Source: Candidatus Thorarchaeota archaeon (lineage in GTDB: Archaea > Asgardarchaeota > Thorarchaeia > Thorarchaeales > Thorarchaeaceae). Taken from it: a DNA stretch of 24,168 nucleotides. The position numbers and the translations under genes are program-made. The DNA lies in the NCBI GenBank assembly GCA_048884965.1, contig JBHLQH010000040.1, forward strand, positions 1-24,168, in the 5' to 3' direction. Under the pieces are notes generated by a model. It was given only the letters and a program-made list of their open reading frames with translations. It made no database searches and was not told where the DNA came from. This document shows positions 8,107-16,600 of the stretch, piece by piece; positions within the stretch are counted from its first letter, which is position 1; each line of letters opens with the position of its first letter.

Positions 8107-9186
8107 ATGAAGAAGCACGCTCTAATTAATCAAGCACTCCTTGTGATGCTGCTCTTTCTACTTGTGTCAGCAGTTGCAACTGTGAATGCACAAACAACCG
8201 GTGGCGGTAATGATGATGACGACGATGATGATGATGAAACTACCACTACTGAAACTGAGCAGGAAGACGAGGACGAAGGTACAGAAGACGATGATGATTC
8301 GAACGATCGGGAGTTGGAGATACAAGTGAGTTCAGCACATGCTGAGATCAAATCCAAGCTTGCGTCAGGTGCGAATGAGAACGTCTTCAAGATAGAAGTG
8401 AACACTGGTTCAGATGGTCTTGAGTTCAAGGTCGCATATGAGGAAGAAAATGCCACCACAGAAACTGAGCATGAGTTCAAAGTTCTGTTTGAGAGACTAA
8501 TCGAATACTTAGATGGCAATGAGAATGGAGTATACGACAATGGGAATGATACTGTTCTCCAAGTTCTAGACCTGACACTCTTTGAGCCTATCGAGTATAC
8601 TATTGAGAATGGGACAACTGGTCAAGTGCACATCTTTGATGTTTCTACTACTGATGGCATCTTTACTGCTAGGCTATATGCATCTGGAGAATTCTCTGAG
8701 ATTAACGGGACTGTGGTCGCTCCCAGTGAAGTGAAGATCGATGTCATCATTCGTGATTTCAATTTCACCTCTGATGACTCACTGTTAGCATTGAATGTGA
8801 AGCTCGAAGCTGAAATGGAAACTGAATTCGACTCCGAAACCGAGGATGAGAAGGAAGGTAGAGCCACAGATGAGGCGGAAGTCGAGGTCCTTATGACAGA
8901 TTTCCCTGGATTCTTCTCATGGAAGGAAACCGCTGAGATTGATGGTGTCACCTACGCTGTTAATTCCAGCATTGATGAAGTGGAATTCAATGAACAGAAG
9001 ATCTACCTCAACTATCCCCAAGGCAACGAGATAATCCACGACCCCAAGATAGGCTTCGAGAATGTTCTTGTGAGTCCCAATGGATTGCCATTAGCTGACA
9101 TTCTCATGGACAATTATGTGCCACTCATCGCGATTGTAGCAATAGCTGTGATAGGTATCGCGGTTGCCGCTAGACGGCGAACCTAG
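8107..9186 (+). CDS. Very acidic cell-surface protein with signal peptide and C-terminal anchor
   Basis: Signal peptide, poly-Asp/Thr/Glu linker, several NxT/S sequons, C-terminal TM plus RRR; TATATATA and GGTGA SD upstream. Confidence 0.8.
   Translation: MKKHALINQALLVMLLFLLVSAVATVNAQTTGGGNDDDDDDDDETTTTETEQEDEDEGTEDDDDSNDRELEIQVSSAHAEIKSKLASGANENVFKIEVNTGSDGLEFKVAYEEENATTETEHEFKVLFERLIEYLDGNENGVYDNGNDTVLQVLDLTLFEPIEYTIENGTTGQVHIFDVSTTDGIFTARLYASGEFSEINGTVVAPSEVKIDVIIRDFNFTSDDSLLALNVKLEAEMETEFDSETEDEKEGRATDEAEVEVLMTDFPGFFSWKETAEIDGVTYAVNSSIDEVEFNEQKIYLNYPQGNEIIHDPKIGFENVLVSPNGLPLADILMDNYVPLIAIVAIAVIGIAVAARRRT
8212..8235 (+). repeat. (GAY)8 trinucleotide run encoding poly-Asp
   Basis: gatgatgacgacgatgatgatgat. 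Confidence 0.8.
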
Positions 9187-9195
9187 TTTTCTGAT

Positions 9196-9233
9196 AATCT
9201 TGGAGGGAAATCTCTCCAAGATTCTCTCTTTTT
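9196..9233 (+). terminator. Hairpin plus U-tract terminator between convergent genes
   Basis: AATCTTGGAG-N8-CTCCAAGATT followed by CTCTCTTTTT. Confidence 0.8.
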
Positions 9234-9244
9234 CTGGCAGTTTG

Positions 9245-11341
9245 TTATGTGAGAAGATGACTGTACAGCTTTTCCAGATTATCCGCTTTCTCATAGAAGC
9301 CGTATTTTCTCCAGCTGCTTGCACTAAGTCTAAGCAGTCTAGAGGCTTGTTCAAAATACTTTGGATTGCCCAAGCGTTCCCAGCTCTTTGATAGGACCCC
9401 TATCAAGGAAGAGCCTGTCACTGCGACCTCATAGTCGTATTTCTGAGGGTTTTGCACGGCAACACGATTGAGGGCAATCACAATCTTCACGACTTTTTGT
9501 AGATCCCACTCACTTAGCATTTCAGCCGCAGACGATGCGTGATAGGTAACAGCCATGATATCATCTCTACAGACCATTCCATGGGAAACGAACCATTCCT
9601 GCACCTCTAAGGATCGAAGGACACATTCTGTGAAGACAGAGTTTCTAATGTTCTCGGAAAGCAGATTGTATGAAAGCGAGGCCAGAGATGTGAGAATGTT
9701 TCCAGTGTTCGTTGCATACATATCCGGGACTGTTTCCCGAGACTCCTCAATAGCTTCTATATCTGTGGTTTTCATTGCTAGGTAATGAAGAATCGCCGCT
9801 TCCTCTCTGAAGACCTGAGCTCTTGTCAGGACAGGTCCTAATGCATTTAGAACAACATAGATTGAGAATCTGACCCTGCTCTTAGCCCATTCTCGTCCAG
9901 AAATATCTATGATATCCTGAAGGAACGTACCTATCTTCTCTAGATGTCTTTCACGTTCCGATCCAGTCGCAAGGTAATAGTACTCGGCATTGGCGACACC
10001 CAGACTTTGAAAGATGCTATCGATAGTATGTTCGAAAATTGGCAGATCATCATGAATTAAGCGTCTGAAATAATAGAAATAGAGCTCTATCACTTCCGTG
10101 AGAACTTCTTTTCGTTCACTTATAGTCAACACTGGTGACTCGGATAATGCAGTAAGCAATGTGATATAGTTCTGCAATTGCAGTGACGCTCGTAATGCGA
10201 GCCCTCTCATTCCTTCGCTCTTTCTCAGACGATGGACCAACCCCTTTTTCAGGACTTGGCGTATCTGCTCAAGAATTCCATCGATTCTGCTCTTATAGAA
10301 ACCAATCGTTTCCTTGAAGTCATCATAGCTTGAAACGGAATAGAGCTTCTCAAATATGGCATCTCTATCCAAAATTGAAAAGATATACGCACGTGCAATT
10401 GGAGAGGTGTCCCTTAGATGGTCTGCAAACCTGTTTGCGAACTCATGTAAGAGTGAAATTCGAACATCGATAAATAGGAATGAATATAGAAGAGTCCGTT
10501 CAGACTGCCCAAAATCGAAAGCTTCTGCAGCAGAGCGAAAAGCATCAGTATATTCAGCACCTGAAATCTCTCCCGAAAGGAATCCAACAATCGCTCGTCC
10601 CAGTCTGCAATAGGGGTCATCGCCTTTAATCCGCATCGCAACCTGCTTCAGATCCTCGATTAGCGGTGCACTCGTGCTGGACATAGAACGTGCTAGCTGG
10701 CCCATCTTTATGGTAAATATGCGGGCCATATCATCTTCTATGCCAAGACTTGCCGCGCAGGCACGATCATACTCCCCGTGTAGTGCAAAAACAAGTCCCT
10801 CGTCAAGGGAGGTTGGTGTCTTCTCTACCAATGCCTTCCATCGAGGACGTAGGTCTGCATTATTCAATCTGTTCTCTAGGACCCTTATCATTGCGTCAAG
10901 TTGTGGATCATTTCGAATCGCATCTAGAATTGGGTTCCATGAGAAGGCAACGATATCAGACAAAGAAATGTTCAGTTTATCACGTATGTAGGTATCAAGG
11001 ACATTGTTGGTAATGGATATGTGAATGTCACTAACGATTCCATCCGCAGGGGGTATCTCTGAATCATCAAGCTCGTCTGCTATGATTCGGAATAAAGTGT
11101 CCATGTAGTCTTCGGCCTTTGTCACAAGGGCTACTATCGTATAGCATTTCTTCGACTCTGTGACAATAAGCGTATTATCCTTGAATGCGAGTTGTTTGAC
11201 TTCACCACTCCCCATTGCGTCGCAGAGGGTCTTTGCCGCAGAAATCAAGGCTCCAATAATCATCTCACTCTCTGTTTCTACATAGCTTCTGATGACGACA
11301 GGCACACCGCCCTCGCTGAGTACACCAAGTAGCCGAATCAT
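9245..11341 (-). CDS. N-terminal longin-like domain fused to a long alpha-helical region
   Basis: MIRLLGVLSEGGVPV..helix IGALISAAKTL..GEVKQLAF....LIV......YTIVALV pattern matches longin topology; remainder looks helical. Confidence 0.6.
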   Translation of the reverse strand: MIRLLGVLSEGGVPVVIRSYVETESEMIIGALISAAKTLCDAMGSGEVKQLAFKDNTLIVTESKKCYTIVALVTKAEDYMDTLFRIIADELDDSEIPPADGIVSDIHISITNNVLDTYIRDKLNISLSDIVAFSWNPILDAIRNDPQLDAMIRVLENRLNNADLRPRWKALVEKTPTSLDEGLVFALHGEYDRACAASLGIEDDMARIFTIKMGQLARSMSSTSAPLIEDLKQVAMRIKGDDPYCRLGRAIVGFLSGEISGAEYTDAFRSAAEAFDFGQSERTLLYSFLFIDVRISLLHEFANRFADHLRDTSPIARAYIFSILDRDAIFEKLYSVSSYDDFKETIGFYKSRIDGILEQIRQVLKKGLVHRLRKSEGMRGLALRASLQLQNYITLLTALSESPVLTISERKEVLTEVIELYFYYFRRLIHDDLPIFEHTIDSIFQSLGVANAEYYYLATGSERERHLEKIGTFLQDIIDISGREWAKSRVRFSIYVVLNALGPVLTRAQVFREEAAILHYLAMKTTDIEAIEESRETVPDMYATNTGNILTSLASLSYNLLSENIRNSVFTECVLRSLEVQEWFVSHGMVCRDDIMAVTYHASSAAEMLSEWDLQKVVKIVIALNRVAVQNPQKYDYEVAVTGSSLIGVLSKSWERLGNPKYFEQASRLLRLSASSWRKYGFYEKADNLEKLYSHLLT

Positions 11342-11489
11342 AAGAGCATCAATCAGTTAGTGTTTGTCTAACTACAAACATGGTATGAGAAAAGGATTCT
11401 GGATAGAGTGATTAGATGTGCAATATTTCTGAAGCTGCTTTGGAACCTAGTTTTATATCAATTAAAGATTCATGCCTTTTGTGGTAAAC

Positions 11490-12080
11490 ATGGCAGATGA
11501 CAGCGAAGACAAATACAAGGAAGTGCAATTCGTCCCTCCACAGGAAATTGAACTGAAGAGAATAGACACAGAAGGGTATCTTCTTGATATTGGCGGCGGT
11601 GGCGAGGGCGTTATCGGACAGCTAGAAGGAACTCGAGTCGTCGCGATAGATATGAGAAAGGAAGAGCTTGAGGAAGCCAAGATTGGTGATTACCTTAGAA
11701 TAGTCATGGATGCAACAGATTTGCAGTTTCTGGATGGAAGCTTTTCTACTGTGACAGCATTCTTCTCCATGATGTATATGAATGACGAAACCAAACGAAT
11801 GGTATTCAAAGAAGCAAGTCGCGTCCTCGTTCCAGGTGGCGAGTTCAGACTCTGGGATCTCATAGTTCCCAAGCAGTTCGATGAGAACAAGAAGGTCTAT
11901 GCAGTCATGCTCAAAATCCACTTACCCGACAGAGAGATCGAAACTGGGTATGGCTGTCCTTGGGCTACTCGGGAACAGGATGTAGTCCTGCTCAAGAAAT
12001 TAGGACAAGATGCTGGACTTGAAGTGGTCGAGGAATCCGTGGATGAGCATACATTCTTCCTAAAATACCGAAAGCCATAG
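11490..12080 (+). CDS. Class I SAM-dependent methyltransferase
   Basis: LLDIGGGGEG motif I, VVAID, MDATDLQF.D.SF, RVLVPGGEF; start moved from 11472 to 11490 because TTTTATAT lies about 30 nt upstream. Confidence 0.9.
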   Translation: MADDSEDKYKEVQFVPPQEIELKRIDTEGYLLDIGGGGEGVIGQLEGTRVVAIDMRKEELEEAKIGDYLRIVMDATDLQFLDGSFSTVTAFFSMMYMNDETKRMVFKEASRVLVPGGEFRLWDLIVPKQFDENKKVYAVMLKIHLPDREIETGYGCPWATREQDVVLLKKLGQDAGLEVVEESVDEHTFFLKYRKP

Positions 12081-12217
12081 CACTCAAGATGAAGTAAGAT
12101 GGAGTCTAGGTTCAAAATACTCCATTACATAGATTAACTATTGTTGGTGTCCCGAGCAATCGTTAATAGGTGCTTTGAATTGTCTTCTTGAAGAGCATTT
12201 GCAGAGATGAACTGACG

Positions 12218-13087
12218 ATGTGCGAATACTGCTTCAAACATGGATACGGTGCAAAATGGTATGAGAATGCCCGATTGTATTCGAACGACTTGGCTGACGA
12301 GATCCAAGCCCGAGAATATCTAGAAGAGCAATGGCAGAATATGGAAACGCTCTTCATTCGGAAGATTCTGGGATTCAACTCCATTGGACTTGGCTACAAG
12401 ATGCAGATGCCCATCATTGGACGAGTTATTCGATGGGCAGTGGAACGACAGATCCATAGTGAGAGTCCAAAGAGAAATCCTGTAAGGGCGGATGGGCATT
12501 TTGGTCAGGTCATCCCAATGGAAGATGCTCAACACATCTTGGGCAATCTGGCAGCAGAGCCCATTCTAAAGAACTATTGTCTTTGCCGCTATATGCAGCG
12601 AGGCGTGAAGGATGCTGTGTGTATCAATTTCGGACAGCTTTCTGAGATTATTGCCAAGCATGACCGTTACATCCCAAAGGATGAGAAGTACTGGTTGACT
12701 CGCGAGGAAGCCATCGAAGCCTTGGAGCGTCACAACAAGAAAGGGTATGTCGCGTCAGTCTGGTTCCAACCCGTCCCCTACATCAACGCGGTTTGCTCCT
12801 GTGAGAGCCCTGAATGTGGAGGATTGCGACTGCGGAACGACTTTGGTCTGAGAACCGTGTATAAGGGAGAGTATGTCATTGATATTGACATCGATAAGTG
12901 TCAAGGTTGTCAGAGTTGCGTAAAGATGTGTCAATTCAATGCATTGCGATATTTACCATCTGTGAAACGAGTGATCGTTGACCTTGACAAATGCTTTGGA
13001 TGTGGAGTATGCAGACATGCCTGTAACCACGATGCATTGAACCTAGTCCCACGCGAATCTGTTCCTGGTCAAGCTGGTAAGTATTGA
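12218..13087 (+). CDS. 4Fe-4S dicluster protein with Cys-rich N-terminal extension
   Basis: CQGCQSCVKMC and CFGCGVCRHAC; also MCEYC..H, CLC..C, CSC....C; start likely ATG 12218 (ORF track gives 12188). Confidence 0.9.
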   Translation: MCEYCFKHGYGAKWYENARLYSNDLADEIQAREYLEEQWQNMETLFIRKILGFNSIGLGYKMQMPIIGRVIRWAVERQIHSESPKRNPVRADGHFGQVIPMEDAQHILGNLAAEPILKNYCLCRYMQRGVKDAVCINFGQLSEIIAKHDRYIPKDEKYWLTREEAIEALERHNKKGYVASVWFQPVPYINAVCSCESPECGGLRLRNDFGLRTVYKGEYVIDIDIDKCQGCQSCVKMCQFNALRYLPSVKRVIVDLDKCFGCGVCRHACNHDALNLVPRESVPGQAGKY

Positions 13088-13098
13088 GGTGATGGTTA

Positions 13099-13383
13099 TT
13101 GACAAAGAAGACGAAGATAAACATAGATCACTCGAAATGTGGTGTGAATGTAAGTACTGACCCCCGCGATTGCAGGAAATGCCTGTTTGTATGTGATCCC
13201 GCTGTCTTTCTCATGCATCCAACCCTTGAGAAGCACCCTGACCCGCATAACCCAGATAAATGGGTAGTCGACGCAATCTGGCTCTCAAAATGCACTGGTT
13301 GTATGAAGTGCATCAACGCTTGTCCAGAGCAAGCAATAGAGGTCTTTCCAGGAGATTCGCTAGCAGTCATGAGAGGAATCTAG
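13099..13383 (+). CDS. Small ferredoxin-like 4Fe-4S protein
   Basis: CTGCMKCINACP and C-x10-CRKCLFVC; GAGGTGA SD, TTG start. Confidence 0.85.
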   Translation: MTKKTKINIDHSKCGVNVSTDPRDCRKCLFVCDPAVFLMHPTLEKHPDPHNPDKWVVDAIWLSKCTGCMKCINACPEQAIEVFPGDSLAVMRGI

Positions 13384-13387
13384 TCCA

Positions 13388-14347
13388 TCACCTCAGAGTA
13401 GTAATAGGACGTGATTGGAGCACTACGATTTCTCCATCTCCTACACACCACTCGATGTCTTGAGGACATCCCATCTTTTCCTCAATCTCTATTCCAAGTT
13501 CTATGAGATCCCTCAGGATCTCATCTGAAAGCACAAAGGCCTCTCTTTTAGTTAATGGCGTTTCTACGCATAGCGTGCATCCATTACCTTGGATGAAGGT
13601 CGACTCCTTACTACCAAGGGTTCGACTGATAGATGTCATTGTTTCCCTATCCACGACATAGGTATCCGGAACTACCTTTCCACCTACAAGTGCCTCTCCA
13701 AGTCCCCATGTCGCCTCAATGAGCATGTGGTCCATTCTACTATCGATAACATTGGCTGTGAAGAGGACTCCGGAAATCACAGCATCTATCATTTCTTGGA
13801 TTACCACACCCATCCGAATACTGCTCATTGGAATGTCTTTTGTCTTGAGATATATCGCAGATTGGGGGGATATAGCGGATTGCCATACATTCTTCACTGA
13901 AATGAGAACATCCTCTATCTCCTTAACACAGAGGTAGGTATCTGCCTGCCCTGCAAAGGAAAAAGATCTTCCGTCTTCGATTGATGCGGATGAACGAACA
14001 GCATATCCGTATTTTGCGTGAGTTCTGTTTTGAAGCGTTGAGAACATCTCTTGGAGTTCCAAGATCATCCCATTTGGCAGCTTGGATGGAATGAACACTG
14101 CCTGCAAGTTGGCTGCGAGTTCAAGTATCTCCTCAAAATCTTGTGATTCATCTAACTTTATCATTAGTTCCTTCGCTTCTGGGATGCTTTGAATCATCTG
14201 ATGATAATAGACCCCGGAGATTGCAAACCCTCTGGGAACAGTGAAACCATTCCTTTGGAGTATTGAAAGATTTGCAGCCTTGCCACCATAGTTCTGGATC
14301 TCGTCTGGAGAGATTTCATGTAAGAGTCGCATGGATTTGGTGGGCAT
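13388..14347 (-). CDS. Stand-alone PEP synthase/PPDK N-terminal ATP-grasp (nucleotide-binding) domain
   Basis: GGKAANL, AVRSSA..ED....SFAGQ, IQEMI...SGVLFT, WGLGEALVGG...PD, PQDIEW, ends at LQSRPIT; ATG 14347 follows SD AGGTGA (ORF track gives GTG 14356). Confidence 0.92.
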   Translation of the reverse strand: MPTKSMRLLHEISPDEIQNYGGKAANLSILQRNGFTVPRGFAISGVYYHQMIQSIPEAKELMIKLDESQDFEEILELAANLQAVFIPSKLPNGMILELQEMFSTLQNRTHAKYGYAVRSSASIEDGRSFSFAGQADTYLCVKEIEDVLISVKNVWQSAISPQSAIYLKTKDIPMSSIRMGVVIQEMIDAVISGVLFTANVIDSRMDHMLIEATWGLGEALVGGKVVPDTYVVDRETMTSISRTLGSKESTFIQGNGCTLCVETPLTKREAFVLSDEILRDLIELGIEIEEKMGCPQDIEWCVGDGEIVVLQSRPITTLR

Positions 14348-14360
14348 CCTTCTCACCTAC

Positions 14361-14711
14361 CTAGTCAATCACAAATAATGCGCCTTTGACCCCATCTTCA
14401 TGCTTTATCATGACTCGTTTTCCGTTCAATTTTGCTGGCTCATCTATATTCGTCCCCATGAGTGCAGGTATCTCGAATTCCCTTGTCACAATTGCCAAAT
14501 GTGATCCCAATGCACCAGTTTGGCATACTACACCAGCTAGCTTTGGGAGGACTGGAGCAAGAAACGTAGTACCAGCATCATCGACAAGGACAATCTTCCC
14601 ATCTGCTCCTTCTTTAAGTAGATTGATCACTTCTTGTACTGATGTGATGTATCTAATCTCACCCTCTGCGTCGAGCTTCAATGAGATTAGTCCTTGGGCG
14701 ATTCTTTCCAT
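14361..14711 (-). CDS. Stand-alone PEP-utilising enzyme mobile (phospho-His swivel) domain
   Basis: GVVCQTGALGSHLAIVTREFEIPALMG matches G..xSHxAIVxRE.GIP with the His retained. Confidence 0.9.
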   Translation of the reverse strand: MERIAQGLISLKLDAEGEIRYITSVQEVINLLKEGADGKIVLVDDAGTTFLAPVLPKLAGVVCQTGALGSHLAIVTREFEIPALMGTNIDEPAKLNGKRVMIKHEDGVKGALFVID

Positions 14712-14878
14712 TGGTTATAGCTCCCTTGACTTTCGTGCAAACCCGCAACGCTCAATTTAAGCATGCTGTAGATTAGAATAAGTTCGTACAATGTCGATGT
14801 ATTCCTTTCCATTTGCCCGAAGACTTACATAAGGGAGTGTTCAAGCCATAGAGAATTCTGTGATGGTGAGTTAGCATA

Positions 14879-16036
14879 ATGGAAGTAAGAGAGGTTAACA
14901 AATACCTTCGCCATGTTTCTGATGTCTTCAGTGACATTCTTGCGGAACGAGGACTTCTGGAAAGTAAGCTCTTTCCAGTCAACGAGTACATCAGCGTGTC
15001 ATGTTTCCATACCTACGAATACCTGTATCCGCTCATGAAACTAGTCTGGGATCGAATTACTCCTGAGGAACTAGCGAAACAGAGCAAGACGCTCCTGTCG
15101 GAGGTCCATGCGCTTTCTATCACATACCAGTGGCTGTACTATGGCCTTGGTCGAATGGGAATGGTGTTCAACAAGTATGAGAGCGACCCCTCGAATGAAC
15201 CTGCGGAGAAAAGAGAGCAGTGGAAGTATATCCTCGAGAACTGGTACCGACTTGCCACTTCTTATTTTAACTCCGGAAAACATACTGTTGCTGCATCGGA
15301 TGGAAAGAATCTCGCATTCACTGATGAAACTGTGTCTTGGCTGAAAGACAACCTACAACCAGTGAATGAGGATCAAGTAAAGGCTATGCGTAGGAACATA
15401 GGATCTGTGGAACTGTATGCTTTCTTGGATGAATGTGAGGCTAGAGCTAAACTAATCGATCATGGACCCTATCAGTATAGCGGTGATGAGATTCTTGTCA
15501 TATCCGAATTCACCAGATTATGGGACGGCAAGGGTGAGCCATGGTTGCCATGGTCAAATACAGAAGCACAACTACCATCCTCGAAGCTTGGAGTTGCTTT
15601 TACCATCAAGAATGCTACTGCCTTCTTCAATGATATCGGCACTATGACCATCGAGCCCGGGGATTATTCCTCTCACGTTACGAATGCCTGTGCCTTTGCG
15701 AACCGCGGGGATAAGGTGGTATCGATTGGTCTTGATGAGCTTTCTACCTATGCAGATGCTGCTAATGCTGCCCAGACAGAGCTCTACATGAAATTCGCAG
15801 ATTGGGATAAGAAGAAGCTGATGCTAGCAGGAGCTCTTGCATATTGGCGAGGATTCGTTCGGTTCACTGATAGAGTCGGAGTGACAGACAAGATAGAGTG
15901 GGCTATTGCAAAGCACATAGAGGATGAGCATGTACCCTTCTTTATGGAGAATGATGCCGACCCTGCATTCATAAGATTCGGTCGATTCGATGATGAAATG
16001 GAAGAAGATCCCACACTATATCTGCTACCAGAATAG
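14879..16036 (+). CDS. Uncharacterised 385-aa soluble protein, candidate acceptor-binding subunit of the split dikinase
   Basis: Long ORF with GGTGA SD; divergent from the swivel/ATP-grasp genes; function inferred only from context. Confidence 0.6.
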   Translation: MEVREVNKYLRHVSDVFSDILAERGLLESKLFPVNEYISVSCFHTYEYLYPLMKLVWDRITPEELAKQSKTLLSEVHALSITYQWLYYGLGRMGMVFNKYESDPSNEPAEKREQWKYILENWYRLATSYFNSGKHTVAASDGKNLAFTDETVSWLKDNLQPVNEDQVKAMRRNIGSVELYAFLDECEARAKLIDHGPYQYSGDEILVISEFTRLWDGKGEPWLPWSNTEAQLPSSKLGVAFTIKNATAFFNDIGTMTIEPGDYSSHVTNACAFANRGDKVVSIGLDELSTYADAANAAQTELYMKFADWDKKKLMLAGALAYWRGFVRFTDRVGVTDKIEWAIAKHIEDEHVPFFMENDADPAFIRFGRFDDEMEEDPTLYLLPE

Positions 16037-16047
16037 GGAGCCTGTTC

Positions 16048-16584
16048 ATGATGGAACCAAGTGAGATACTAATTCAGGTTGGACGGGCAAGAGACCTCTA
16101 TAATAGAGGACTGCAGATGAAAGATCCTGCCGCTTTTGAAGAATCACTATCAATCTCTTTGAGTCTTCGCAAGTTAATTGATTCCTCAGATAAGGAGGAA
16201 CTTGCCAAGGAAATCAACCAATTCGAGCATCTTGATGGTGGCTTGAATGCCCATATCTTCAATTGTATGAAACTGCTTGGTCGCTATGAAGATATCCTAC
16301 CCTATCTGGAGAGAACGCTTCAGTATCTCAATAACGATAGAAACCCAGATCTCTGGCGCCAACTTGGATTGCTATATCTTGTGCAAAAGAAAGACTTGGA
16401 GAAGGCAGTTGAAGCATGGAAAAAGGCAATAGAACTCGATTCATCGTTCCTAGAACGGTTTCCAGGTCTTAATGTAGTCTATACCTATACTGCACTAAAA
16501 TCAACAGGAAAACACGTGAGCTGGAAAGTCATTCATGCTGATCTCGAAACAGGTGAGTTCTCTGTTTCAATTGGGACAGACTAA
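16048..16584 (+). CDS. TPR-repeat protein
   Basis: PDLWRQLGLLYL....LEKAVEAWKKAIELD TPR consensus. Confidence 0.8.
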   Translation: MMEPSEILIQVGRARDLYNRGLQMKDPAAFEESLSISLSLRKLIDSSDKEELAKEINQFEHLDGGLNAHIFNCMKLLGRYEDILPYLERTLQYLNNDRNPDLWRQLGLLYLVQKKDLEKAVEAWKKAIELDSSFLERFPGLNVVYTYTALKSTGKHVSWKVIHADLETGEFSVSIGTD

Positions 16585-16600
16585 GTCTGGAGTGGTATCT

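Noticed and set aside
2048-12116. Shared CTAGGTTCAAA in two intergenic regions (about 2048 and 12106)
   Set aside because: An 11-bp match with no extension is compatible with chance in 24 kb.
12218-13383. Selenocysteine readthrough at the TGA of the Fe-S gene
   Set aside because: The TGA follows a complete domain and overlaps the SD of the next gene, which is in a different frame; no SECIS recognised.
13388-14711. Frameshifted or pseudogenised ppsA/ppdK
   Set aside because: Domain order is reversed relative to PEP synthase, each ORF has its own start and intact motifs, and no barrel remnant follows.
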